From Sphaerodactylus townsendi (lineage: Eukaryota), in NCBI RefSeq assembly GCF_021028975.2, contig NC_059428.1:149482001-149546000 (forward strand): DNA of 64,000 bases, written 5' to 3'. Each line of letters opens with the position of its first letter. The first letter of the stretch is position 1. Shown in pieces: positions 1 to 39,028 of this stretch. The notes under the pieces were generated by a model. The model worked only from the letters and a program-made list of their open reading frames with translations, had not been told where the DNA came from and searched no databases. The translations under genes were made by a program, and so were the position numbers.

Positions 1-83
1 TGAACTGGCTGAGACTGAGAGAGACTTTGGGGTTCTCCTGGACAGGTCTGTGAAAATATCGACTCAGCCAATATTGTATTGTC

Positions 84-1260
84 CTCACATGGAGCTGTGG
101 TGAGGGGGTGCCTGTACTGTTGGGGGTGGGTCCGTCGGGGTCCAAGAGGGCCCAGAGAATTTGCCCCCGCCGGCCATAACAGCGAAGGTCCCCCCACCCC
201 CTGAAGACGCCGACAAGCGGCCAGTAAGCAACGCCCGCAGGCTGTGCCAACTTCCAGGCGGTGGCTGGCGATGGCCGGCAATCCCGGCGGGGCTGCAGAG
301 ATCGCCTCCTCTCCTGGCCAAGGGGGCGGCTTCGACGGGTGGCCTGGACGGAAGGCAGACCCGCCCCCGCCCCCCAAATCTCCCGGAGGGCCCCGGCCCC
401 GAGCTGGCAACCCCACGCGACTCTGCTCTGAGGTGCCTGCTCGCTCCGCCTGCCGTCGAGTCTACCTGGTTGCCGCAGTCCGCAGCCGGCGGGGGCCCCT
501 TCCCTCCCACGCTGGGGGAGGGAGAGGGGATCGGGCCGCCCACCGCCGGACTCCGGAGCCGGGCCCAGGCAATGCACCCGCTGAGCGTCAAGAAGGGGGC
601 TGCGGGGCGGGGGAGGGGGGCGAGGAGGAGTGCCGCCTTCCCTGGTTCTGCCCGAGGCCCCCAGGCAGGGCAAGGCAAGGCGGGGCAGGGCGGGGCGGAG
701 GAGGCGGGGGCCCAGGTGCCCGAGCAGGCGGCGGGAAGGAGGAGAGGCGCACCAGGCCACTGCTTGGCCGCCTGCGGAACTCCTGGCCACCGCCGGGGTC
801 TGCCTCGCCGTCTGCCCCGCTGGAGCGACCGTAGCCGCCCCGTCGATCGCTGGAGCTGCAGCCCCGATCGCCGCAGAGTCCCCCACCGGCCCCGGCCGCC
901 TTGCGCTGCCCTCCCTGTCGTGGGCAGGAGCCGCGCTGTGCAGGGCCCGCCGCCCAGGAGGAGCCCGCAGGTAAGGCTGGCCGGGCCCGGGGGGAGGGGA
1001 GGCCGGGTCCAGCGCCACCGTCCCTCTGGCTCTTGGCCCGTCCATGTGGCTCTCCGAGAGGGAACCTGCCCAAAGCCCACTCCCAAGCCTGGCTGGGGCA
1101 TCGCTGGGACCCCCGAGGGCCACAGGCTGGCCAAACACACCCGGGGGGGAGGGGCGTGGAGCTGAAAGGGTTCCTGCCGGGTTTGCCAGCAGGCGGAAGG
1201 TGGGTCCGGGGGGGGGGGGGTCCTGCCTGAAGCCTGGGTGGCAGAGGGTCACTCCCGGGT
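84..1260 (+). promoter_or_regulatory. SCNN1B: CpG island; probable SCNN1B promoter and non-coding first exon ending at 970
   Basis: Very CpG/GC-rich with multiple GGGCGG boxes; strong donor CAG|GTAAGG at 970/971; the first coding exon has its own acceptor at 5523-5524, so an upstream non-coding exon is required. Confidence 0.65.
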
Positions 1261-3299
1261 AGCCCCAGCAGCGCGGGGAGGGGGGGGGGTCAGCCACAGG
1301 AGAGTGGCTGTGCCTTGCCTCTGCACCAGGGGTGCCCTTAGAATAGATTGCTGCAGAGAGTGGGAAGCTGCCAGGCCTTTCTGGCTTCTGTCCTCCAGTC
1401 TCTGAACCCCATTCCCACTCCCCCCCCCTTTCTGAGCTCCCCCCCCCCGTCAAATGCGTCTTTCCCCCCCTGGCCTGATGGTCCCACCCGAGCTCACCCG
1501 ACCCAGCGCTTCTCCCTGGAACTGGGAATTTGGGAAGCTGTAGGCCTTGCGGATCAATGAACCTGCTCTCCTGACCCTTGAGGTGAGGCCAGGGGGTTGG
1601 GGGAGCAGGAAACCACCCAGCCATTTTCCAGCTTGACGGGCTGGAAGGACTGAATGTTTGTTTGTTTTTGGGTATTGCTTTCTGCCCTTCCTCCTCGGAA
1701 AGGTCACGACGGGGCTGGTTTTCAGGGGAAGCAAACAGAGATCCGTAGCAGTTAAAAATTTCCCATGTGTACGTAAACCCAGCAGTCAGCCAGCCGGCCC
1801 GATCAGGGAAATCATCCTCTGCCTGGTTTTGAGGGGCATCCTCTGTTCTTAAGGGGCAGCCTGCAAAAATGTGGCACAGTGCGTGGAAGATGCCAACGCC
1901 GCCCTCCTTGTTCTGCCTTGCAGGAGACATCAGACCTGCCTGCCAGGTGCCCGGATCCGGATGCTCTTGCCAGGCCAGGGACCGGACACTTGATCCACGA
2001 AGGTCAGAGTGATTAATCCCAATAAGGAGGCTGTTGACGGAGGTGCTCCTGGCCCTGCCCAGCGCTGGAGCCTCAGGAACGGCCTCGCATTCCCTGCAGC
2101 CTCGTTCCCAGCACAGAGTTAAGCTGCTCTCCGAACTGGCTTAGTTGACGATGGATCTGCCGCCGCCACTTCCGTCCGAAGATGGGAGTGGACCAGGTGA
2201 GGGCAGAGAACGTGTCTCTGTCTGCTTCTGCGGCTGCCGCTGGGAGCGAGAAGGGGAAGGGGGCCCTGCCATTTTCTAGCCAGGCTTGGTGGCCCCCCAA
2301 GTGAACGAGACCCGCTCAAAGAGTCTGGAGGCAACACTGCCCTGTCCTTTTGCGGCTCCTGGCTGTTCCTGGGTGGAGGGAATCGGGGCCACTGCCTCCT
2401 GGGGACTCACAGGGGTGGGCATTTTCCACAAGAGCCAGGGGTCCAGCGGGGGAGCCTCTCCTCCCTTCTGCCGCCCATCCTCTTCTGGTGGTGGCCCAGC
2501 CGAACTTGAGCTCCAGGGTGGCTCTTCAAAATGACACCCTCTGCATGGCTTCTTCCAGAGCGGGGAGGGGGGAGGAGCAGGCACCCACAGGTGTTCTTCA
2601 TTGGCCACGGAGCCACCTACAGAGGGGAGGACAAATCCTGCCCCAGGCCACCAAGGAGGTTCCCGTTCCCATACGTGGAGCAGAGCCCTCATTTCAGCCT
2701 GATGAGATGGCTTGTGAGATGGGCACCACAAACGTCCAGGGGTGCAGCCGGCTCCCTCTTCTGCAGCTGAGGCGGAGGGTGAGTTCTGCCTGCTCCGCTC
2801 CTGTGAATGCTGCTAGGCAGCCGTCGCACAAGTGAAGCAAGGAAGGGGTTGCATAAAGGGAATGTGGAGAGGGCCCGGGGGACGTCCCTCCAGCTCCCAG
2901 TGCCCCACAGCCCACAGCCCCGAGCCCTGCTCCCACCTGCTCCCAGGCAGAGGTCTGGCCCAGAGGGACTGAGCTTCCAACACCTCTCCAGGGGAAGGGG
3001 GCTGACCTCTTTCATAACCCATGTGGGAAGCCCAGGCTCTTCAACCGGAACGTAAACGTGCCCCACACCTCTCTGTTGGGCTGCCGGCCCTCTCCTCTCC
3101 TCCCCGCCACCCACCTGCTCTGCCTTTTGGAGGAGGCTGGACGGGTCTATCTGCTTCTGTTTGCTGTTGATCCCCAAACCTGCATTCCTCTCCGGCTTTG
3201 GCTTCGAGCATGTTTTGATGCTTGAGGGGCAGCCGAGTCAGCTAGCTGGGTCAAAACAAAACTGCAGTCCGGTGGCACCTCGAAGAAGGCTGCTAACCT

Positions 3300-3785
3300 G
3301 TGTTGAAGGCTTTCGCGGTCAGAATCAACTGGCTGGTGTGGGTTTTCCAGGCTGTGTGGCCGACGTGGTCTGGTAGTTTTTGCTCCTAATGTTTTGCCCG
3401 CATCTGTGGCTGGCGTCTCCAGAGGCACGTCACGGTGAGAGGTCTTTCTCTCTGTGGCACAGTGTTAGGAGCAAACATACAATACAGTACAATAAACCTT
3501 GAATGGCATGTTACCAGTACACAAGAGAAAATCATATAAATATATTAAAAAGGTTAAAAAATAAGAACTATATACGACATAATTAGATTAAGTTTGCTTA
3601 TTAACAACCAATTTAAGAAACCTTGCAGTCTGTTCTAGGATGGCTCCAGGGTTGTTATTTAATAAATAAGCAGTCTTTTGTTGGTCAGCCCATTTATCTG
3701 TGCCGCTCAAACAGGGCAATGATACATTAGGAGTAAAAACTACCAGACCACGACCACACAGCCCAGAAAGCCCACAACAGCCGGC
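3300..3785. mobile_element. Penelope-like pLTR-derived inverted repeat (degenerate hammerhead), interrupted by a LINE fragment
   Basis: Matches the other copies (GAAGGCTTTC..GGTTTTCCAGGCTGTGTGGC..GCATCTGTGGCTGGC). Confidence 0.65.
3476..3725 (-). mobile_element. Short RTE-X-like LINE 3' end nested in a Penelope-derived repeat
   Basis: AT-rich, peptide ...AYLLNNNPGAILEQTARFL, (ATTGT)-type tail; flanked by TTAGGAG(C/T)AAA. Confidence 0.55.
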
Positions 3786-5532
3786 CAATCTTCATTCAGA
3801 AGCAGCAGGGCAGAGAGCTGGACAGCTGACCCATTTGGTCCCTGGGCTTGGCTACTGCTGGTATGCGCCAGACACAACATCCTTATGGGCACAACTGGGC
3901 ATAACTGCCCCTGCCGCCTCTGCCCAGACCTCCCCATTTGGGAAGAGGGCATCGATTCCTGGGTGCTGGCCCCCCTTCTGGAGCAGTTCCCCCCCCCCAG
4001 AAAAGCATCAGCGTCCCACTGAATGGCTGCTCCCACTCAGCCAGCTGTGTCAACTTCTGAAGGGTGGTCCTTGAGAAGGGAGGCGGCACTTCCTTTGCCC
4101 GGAATGCTCCTGCCGTGCCCGGCTGACAGGGAGAGAAGCCGCTCTCGGGAATTCCCAGTTGACTCTGCCGCTGCGCTGTCAACTGGCCGGGCTGGACCAG
4201 CAGCCTCCATATTGGGCAACGAGCCACAGCTAATTGGGATGCGTGCAGCCCGTTCCCTTCCGGCGACGGGTGTTTTTCCAGCATAGCAAGAATGTGAGGG
4301 AAGCCACAAAGTTGGAGGCAGACCTTCTTCAAAGGTTGGGTCAGAATGGGGAGCCGACGTGCAGGGCTTCGTTCACCCCTCTACCTTACTGGGTGGGATC
4401 GACCTGCAGGTTGCAGGTATGAAGGAAGTCGGTTTGGTGGGCCAGTAGGACACTCTCCCCTCCCCCGGCTCCTGCTACCAAAAGCCCCCTCCCCACAATG
4501 GCTTCTCTCCCTGCCCCTTGGGTGTCTCTGAGCTTCCCTTCGGCCAGCCCCAACCTTCTGAACCGTCGCCTCAACAGCAGTGACGTCCGTGGCCTTTCTC
4601 ACACACACACACTCACACATGCACCCGCCTGGGGAAATAAAGATTCCGAAATATGCAGGCAGAAGTATTCTTTAGGGATCGCAAGGCCCGTGCGAACTAT
4701 GCCACATCCCTCCATCGGCAGAACAAAATGTACTGATGGTATCTCGACAACAAAAGGAATGCAGAAAACAGAACCTCTTGTCCTCTCCCTGGCAGCTACG
4801 TTGCGCCTCTGAGGAATCTCCCCTTTCCAGCAAAGAGGAGGCTGGAGGGGGAGACGGGCGGGCTCAGCGCCCCCCTCCTCCCGTGACTCCTCATTGCTAA
4901 GTGGGGAAAGGGCTTGGGCCGTGGGCACCTTCTCCACACAAGTATGGTCCGGGAAGTAGCCACCCTCACGGGGGTCCTGCTAGCTGCCAACTATCAGCAG
5001 GTGACTGGCACTCCCTCACGCGACCACTGGCCGGGGCTGAAGCAAGCCCTTGCATGTTGCTGTAGGGCTGTCTGGCCAGCATGCCTTGCTCGAGGTGGCC
5101 CAAACCAGTCTTGGGACCAATCTGCCACTTCCAGTTACCAGCTGTCTCCAGAGGAAAGGCAGATATAGCAGGGGCAGGCGACTACCAGATTCCTCAGACG
5201 GTGGTCCCTGCTGGGCCAGTTGAAAAATGAGGGGAGGGGGCAGTTGGAGAGAAGAGGGAGCCATCCAGTTCTGTGCTGATCCCAGCTAAATCATTTCACG
5301 TCAAAGTTATCTTTTGGTGGAGCCCCCAAGTCTGAGGGCAGCCGTGCCATCCACCACAGCTGCCCTTCTGAGCCCCACAGAGCCATTGCCGGAAGTGACT
5401 GCCTCCTTTGGCCCTGGCTTCAAAGCACACGGCCTCACCAGTAGCCCCCGACAATGCCTTTTTGCAGCGAGGGAATGGGGCAGAGTCCTTTGGGGTGAGA
5501 CTCTTCCTTATCTCTTGAGGGCAGGTTCCAAA

Positions 5533-14003
<8,471 letters not shown>

Positions 14004-14484
14004 AGACCTCTGCCCCCCATGAAGCAGGAGAGCCAAAGAGCCGGGGGGGGGGGCGCCTCTCCACTTCTCTGCAGGGGGGCAGTTGCTGCCCCAGCCCCAT
14101 GGGGATCTCTCCTGCAGCACTGGGGTGAGGTGGGGTCCAGGAGTTTGGGAGGGAGTTACCCTTGGCTGCTTTCCCACCAGACCATTGGAGAGACAGCTTC
14201 AAGGGTAGATGATGGGGGCTTTGGGAAGCCAAGGGGGGGTGGGGGTGGCAATTAGTAGGGCCTGAATGTGGGACACAGCTTTGGGGTTTTGGTCCCAAAT
14301 GGAGCGTCCCGCCCCCGTCTCGCCTCGTCCCTTCACTGGTGGGAGCTGGCATCAGCTGGCAACTTTGCTGGGCTGGCAGCAGAAGGACCAAATCGATGAT
14401 GACCCCACCCACCCACCCACCCCAATCTGGGGGAAAGAGCACACCTGTTAGTTTGCTCTGGAAGAAAGCAGCGTTTTACAGACC

Positions 14485-14490
14485 AATAAA
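14485..14490 (+). terminator. Polyadenylation signal (SCNN1B)
   Basis: AATAAA ~480 nt after the stop codon, followed by GT-rich sequence. Confidence 0.6.
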
Positions 14491-15980
14491 GATGCCGGCT
14501 GCTGGAAGTGCTTCTCCCCTGGGAGACGTGGTGCTCTTTATTATGGGGCTGCTGTTGGGTGTGGGTGGGTGTGGGGGGGGGATAATGCTGCAAACTCTGA
14601 ATATGGGCAAGGGAGGGTGGGGGGTGGCGGCTTGGCGAGAAGCATCAGAGCCCCTCTTTCTGGGCCCAGCCCCACGGGAGAAGCGAGGGCCTGCTCCGTG
14701 AAGAATGAGTTTGGCCCAGCCCAGGTTCCTTCACCCACGGGCGCTCTCTGGGAAGAGCTCTGACCACGACGTCTTCTGGGGATCAGTTCAGGCCTGATGG
14801 GGAAGGGATGGAAGCCCTGGCGGAAGGGGCGAGGGACAGCCCATGGGGCCTGGTGGGCTGGCCACCGCTGGCCAATGCGCCCACCTGCCAAAGGTGCTCT
14901 CGCCGCCTTGAACACCAGCTTCTCCAGGGGCGCCCAGACAGCGGTGGCCAGGCCAGCCTACCAGCAAAGCACCAAGGACGCCTGACGGCAGCAGGCCAAG
15001 CAACCCCGCTTCCTCTTGCCAAGCCGTGGCTGGGGGTTGGGGGGGGGGGGCAAGGCAGCCCTCAGGCAGCTCCCAGAGTGGCTGTAGGGCTCTCGGGACC
15101 AGCCTCTAGGCCTGTGATTGAGCCCCGTGTGGAGCCTTCGCGTTGGCTGCCCACCTGCGGCAGAGAGCAGAGCCCCACCCTGACCACTGAGCAGTTCAGC
15201 AGCAAGAAGGCCATGGAGAAGGGGGCAGTGTGTCGGGGGGAGGCGGCAGGCTGGCTAGACGCAGGCAGCAGGATCCAGTTCTCCCAGGTCCTTCTCCCCT
15301 GGAGCAGCCTGTTCTTCTGCCTGGCCCTTGTGCAAAGGTCCGCATACACAAGAGCCACAGGGTGGCCGCAGAGGCCACGAACGCAGGCCTCAGCGGCCAC
15401 GCTCTGCAACACGGGGGATTGACCCCTGGCAGTCCGGCCCAAACCTATAAGCCCCACCCCACACAGGGGGCCAAACCACCCCATGCAGCCAGATGCGGGT
15501 AAGCAGAACTGCCAAAGCGCAGCTTGCCTGCCAGGAATCTGTCGCAACTTCCCTGAGCCGGCCAGGAGAGGCCCTGCAGATGACGTGCCCCGACTCCACG
15601 GGATCGACACAGGAGGGAGCGTTTGTTAGCTGGTGCACCTGATAGGACCGGTTTCCCTGCCCAGGGAAGGCCTGCACCTGCCGGGCTGCTGGCCAAAGGC
15701 AACCTGGCTCAAAGGGCAGTGGGGGCAGGGGGCATCCCTTCCCCGATCCCGCCCAGCTGCCCTGGGCCTCAGCAGCGGGGCTCCGCAGCCAAGGTGGCAG
15801 AAGAGCTCCTGGGGGAAAGCCTGACCTGCCCCTTTCCCGCTTTACTCCCAAGCTCCTTTGCAGGGACCACGCTGCACGCCGGCCCCTCCGGCTTCAGCCA
15901 CACACCCCCACACAGAGCTTTCCTGCTGGCCGTCTCTGGCACACCCTCTTCACAAACAGGGCTGGTGGCTGCTCCAAGCC

Positions 15981-15986
15981 TTTATT
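15981..15986 (-). terminator. Polyadenylation signal (COG7)
   Basis: TTTATT on + (AATAAA on -) ~95 nt past the COG7 stop. Confidence 0.7.
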
Positions 15987-16078
15987 GAGTTCTCTGTTCC
16001 CCCTTTTTACAGCCACCCGTTCTCCCGGGAGGTCCCCGCGGCTCCCCATCTCGGCCCCCGGAGTTCTGCCCCTCAGGC

Positions 16079-30004
<13,926 letters not shown>

Positions 30005-30564
30005 GCTGGCCTGCAGCAGCCCTTGATTGGGGCAGAGGAATGAAAGCAGGGGAGCTGGAAGGACAGAGTTAGGAACCAGGAATTAGCATCATCCCATCCC
30101 TCAAGGCCAAGTGCAGCTAGCCCAACCACTCCTAGTCCCAGAGGCAGGAAGGTCTAAAGTGACCAGGAGCCCAAGCAGCTCGGATGTTGACCCCAAACCA
30201 GACCGGGCAAGGGCTTCTGCAGAACCTCCTGGAAGGCAAAAATCCCCAAACCAAGGGCACCCCTCCCCATCCCCATTAGATCTTCCAGGGTGTGTGTGTG
30301 TGTGTGAAAAACCCGCCCAGGAGAACTCAATGCTGCAGGGCCAAGTGGCCGGGTTCACACGTGCAAGAAAATCAAGATCTGAACACACTGGATAAGTAGG
30401 CGGGCGTACACAAGAAGCAATTCAGGTGGATCGTGACCAAACATGAGCTGTCACTTACAGGAGGGAAGGGATGCCTTCCAATGCTATGGATCTACTGCAC
30501 ACATTCACACACACGCGTGCATGCACGAGCACCTGGGCACGGTCCTGGGAGGAAGGGGGCTCAC

Positions 30565-30911
30565 CTGCGCACAGGTGCAAAGCAGCGCGACCTGCGGCTT
30601 CCCCAGTCTAAGTCAAGAAGCCGCCATCTTGCCTGAGGGGTGCTGCGCACTCCGAAGCTCCGCCTACCGTGGCTTCATGCCCTTCTTTCAGAGACTTCCC
30701 AGAGCCCTCTCCTCTGCGCCTGTGATTGGCTCAATACTGCCCAACGGGGCCCAGGATTGGTTCAGAAACCACGGCGCACGGCATCCGGCGATTGGGTACT
30801 TGGCATGAAGGGGAGGGCGGGCAATTGCTGCTCATCCTCCCCGCCAGGCGGAATTCTCCGCCCCTTGTAGCGCCTCCTCCGAGGCGGACCTGGCAGAAAA
30901 CTACATAGTCA
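30565..30911 (-). promoter_or_regulatory. COG7: COG7 promoter and probable non-coding 5' exon
   Basis: Donor-like CAG|GTGAG on - at 30565/30564; acceptor 6 nt upstream of the ATG (30011-30012); YY1-type AAGATGGCGGC at 30620-30630; three CCAAT boxes (ATTGG at 30725, 30756, 30791) spaced 31-35 bp; GC boxes. Confidence 0.65.
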
Positions 30912-30969
30912 CGCGCGCCACCGGCGAGCCTGCGCACCAGTGGTCTCGGCAGGCAGGGTCGGTCTGAGG

Positions 30970-31201
30970 CAGGGGGTCTGCAACCTGCGGCTGTCCAGAT
31001 GTTCTTGGACTACAAATCCCATCAGCCCCTGCCAGCCCCATGCTATATAGAAAACCAGGGGCTGATGGGATTTGTAGTCCAAGAACATCTGGACAATCTT
31101 TATTTTAAATGTCAAAAATTATTTGCAGCTCCAAGTGTTTTCTTTTCCCATGGACAACAGGTCCAAATGGCTCTTTGAGTGTTAAAGGTTCCCTACCCCT
31201 G
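30970..31201. mobile_element. hAT MITE (CAGGGGTCTGCAACC family)
   Basis: CAGGGG..AACC start, GGTTCCCTACCCCTG end; internal palindrome; no matching TSD. Confidence 0.7.
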
Positions 31202-31204
31202 CAC

Positions 31205-31365
31205 TAGACAGTGTGAAACAGACTTTTCTCTGTGATACACCTCTGAAGATGCCAGCCACAGATGCAGGCGAAACGTTAGGAACAAGATCCACCAGACCAC
31301 GGCCACACAGCCTGGAAATCCCACCACAACCAGTTGAATCCGGCCGTGAAAGCCTTCCACAATAT
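31205..31365 (+). mobile_element. Penelope-like pLTR fragment with intact-looking hammerhead motif (31240-31280)
   Basis: CCT-CTGAAGA-TGCCAGCCACAGATGCAGGC-GAAAC-GTT-AGG. Confidence 0.7.
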
Positions 31366-31652
31366 ATAGTCAAAGTCTTTCCTCCGTAGAAACGCATTGG
31401 GTAGACCTGGCCTCCTTCTTCCCCTCCAGGCCTATTCCTTTGAGCAATTTAATAAAATTCTAATGTTTTACTGCTGAACTTGAACAGCCTCTAATGGTTA
31501 TAATATGGGTCTAGGAAGTAAAAATAGAAAGGAAAGGCAGCTCTACCAAGCGGCCTAACTTGCAGGGTCGTCGTGCACCGTGGGGGGATCTGAGTGAGGC
31601 CCCTTCACAGCCCGACTCCTACGCTCTTGACCTCCCCCCCCCTTCCTCCCTC

Positions 31653-31743
31653 CAGGGGTCTGCAACCTGCGGCTGTCCAGATGTTCTTGGACTACAATTT
31701 GTAGTCCATGAACATCTGGACAGCCGCAGGTTGCAGACCCCTG
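31653..31743. mobile_element. hAT MITE collapsed to a near-perfect palindrome
   Basis: 45-bp arms, 1 mismatch, 1-nt spacer. Confidence 0.85.
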
Positions 31744-31825
31744 GCCCAGACCGCGCGTGCCTGCCGAGAACAGCGGCGCGCATGCTCGCCGCTGGCGCTC
31801 GTGAAGGGCGGCGGAAGAGGAGGGG

Positions 31826-31900
31826 CGTATTTTAAATCCCGTCGGCCAATCGGAGCGCGCAGCGTCGCCCGTAACGCCCCGGACTCAAGTTTGAAAGAGT
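31826..31900 (+). promoter_or_regulatory. PLK1: PLK1 G2/M promoter: CCAAT box, MYB-like site and CHR element
   Basis: TTTAAA 31831-31836, CCAAT 31846-31850, CGTAACG ~31870, CHR TTTGAA 31890-31895; same order as I recall for the mammalian PLK1 core promoter. Confidence 0.8.
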
Positions 31901-32032
31901 TGCCGGGACGCTGCAGCAGGAGCAACAGCCGCCGCCGCCGCCGCTTACGGACCGCACCGAGCACCGCAGCAGAAGCAGCGACCGGTTGGTCTCCCCGGTT
32001 GGTCTCCCCAGCAGCAGCAGCAGCGGCGGAGG

Positions 32033-37483
<5,451 letters not shown>

Positions 37484-37662
37484 ACGCCAGCCAGGACTGA
37501 GGCCGGACTCCCACCTGCACAGAGGGTTGACAGGTCCACTACCTAAGCCCGAGGCCGCTTTGCAGCTTGGGCAGTCTGCTCCTCTGGGTTACGCAGAACT
37601 GAAGCAGTGTGGAAGGGGGGGGTGTGTGTCTTCTTTGTCCTGCTTGGGGGGGTGTCTGTCTT

Positions 37663-37713
37663 TTTTATGTTGTTCGTTCTGGTAACTTCTTTTTTAAAGT
37701 AATATTGAATAAA
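37663..37713 (+). terminator. PLK1 poly(A) signal with upstream CPE-like element
   Basis: AATAAA 37708-37713; TTTTAT 37663-37668; GT-rich downstream. Confidence 0.6.
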
Positions 37714-38134
37714 GGTCATTTTCATACTGTTTGACTTGAAACCAAAGACATCGTTACTGGGGTGTGTGTGTGTGTCAAGGTTAATGGCTAAAGATGTGAG
37801 GACCCCAAGGAAAGCCACTCCTTACATTGGATTATCCAACTGGGATTTTTTTTTTTTACGCTGCCCATTACCCCAAACAAAATCTGGCGGCTCAACAGTG
37901 AGAAGAATTAGTGGTTAGAGCCAGCTACAGGCTGTATCTGCTCCGAAAAGGATGGGGCCAGAAGGCCCTCCTTGGCTATGGCTATGCTGAATGCCCCAGG
38001 GGGTCCTCTTGTAAGTCAAAGGAAACCCCGGCCAACACTGTTCACGAGAGGACTGCTCTGGAGGGCATTCAGACCTAGCGTTGCCCTCGGTAAGTGGTGA
38101 CTTGGTGGCACTTAACATACAAATGGACAGGAAG

Positions 38135-38275
38135 CGTTTTGCAAAGATGTGGCCTTCAACAATACACTGACAAATGCAGGGTTCTCTACCTGGGTAACAA
38201 AAAAACATACTGGGAGGGAAATACACTATTGAGTAGCAGTGTGCGTGAACAAGATCTGGGAGTACAGGTGGGTTG
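38135..38275 (+). mobile_element. CR1 LINE fragment
   Basis: Degenerate FN..KC.VL.LG..N / EQDLGVQV peptide typical of the CR1 ORF2 region after RT; a similar fragment lies at 1-70. Confidence 0.6.
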
Positions 38276-38279
38276 TGAC

Positions 38280-38672
38280 CACCTACCTTGGCTTCATGTT
38301 CTTTCTTTCAGACTTCCCAGAGCCCTCCCCTCTGCGCCTGTGATTGGCTCAGCACTGCCTAATGTGGTCCACGACTGGTCAGAAACCATAGTGCATAGCA
38401 TCCTGTGATTGGGTACTTGGCATGAAGGGGAGGGGGCAATTGATGCTGGTCCTCCCAGCCAGTTTGAATTCTCCGCCCCTTGTAGTGCCTCCTTCAAGGC
38501 GGACCCATCAGAAGACTACAGTCAAAGTTTTAGCAGCGCAATTGGGTAGACCTGGCCTCCTGTTTTCTCTCCAGGCCTATTCCCTTGACCACTTCAATAA
38601 AACTAATATTTTACCGTTGAATTTGAAAAGCTGCTGGTTGTGATAATATCTGATATAAAAATAGAAGGAAAG
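38280..38672 (+). repeat. Diverged direct duplicate of the COG7 promoter region (copy of 30661-30911 plus 31366-31536)
   Basis: Long shared blocks, e.g. GACTTCCCAGAGCCCTC, CTCTGCGCCTGTGATTGGCTCA, GATTGGGTACTTGGCATGAAGGGGAGGG, GAATTCTCCGCCCCTTGTAG, ATTGGGTAGACCTGGCCTCC, CTCCAGGCCTATTCC. Confidence 0.9.
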
Positions 38673-39028
38673 TTCCCTTAGTTCCTTGAGCTGGTTCAGT
38701 TATTAATTTACTTTGGACAGGTACAGGGTGGGACAAGTGAATACCCCCCCCCCCCCCCGGAAGGTTATCTATCAATGAGCTGATCTGTGAGAAGATGAGA
38801 AGAATTAGGGAAGAATCTTGCCTTTGGGACTGGTGAGGGTTGAAGATGCCCCGGTGACATGTACTGGTGACCCACAATTAGATACTCTCACCATAAATAC
38901 TATAGAAGGAAACCTTTCAAAATCTGAGATACTTTATCTCAGCCAGAAATGGTCCCATAGCAGCCCTCCCTCCCTCCGACATGGTGAGCATCAATATCAC
39001 ACCGGGCCTCTTCAGTCTGAGTCTGCTT

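Noticed and set aside
85-1165. Overlapping 334-351 aa ORFs on both strands
   Set aside because: Low-complexity Pro/Gly/Arg/Ala translations of a CpG island; no recognisable domain.
1924-2002. Possible extra SCNN1B 5' UTR exon (TTGCAG|G..AAG|GTCAGA)
   Set aside because: Plausible splice sites but no other support.
38760-39020. Possible GGA2 remnant between the duplicate promoter and EARS2
   Set aside because: No VHS/GAT/GAE-like peptide recognisable by eye; needs tBLASTn.
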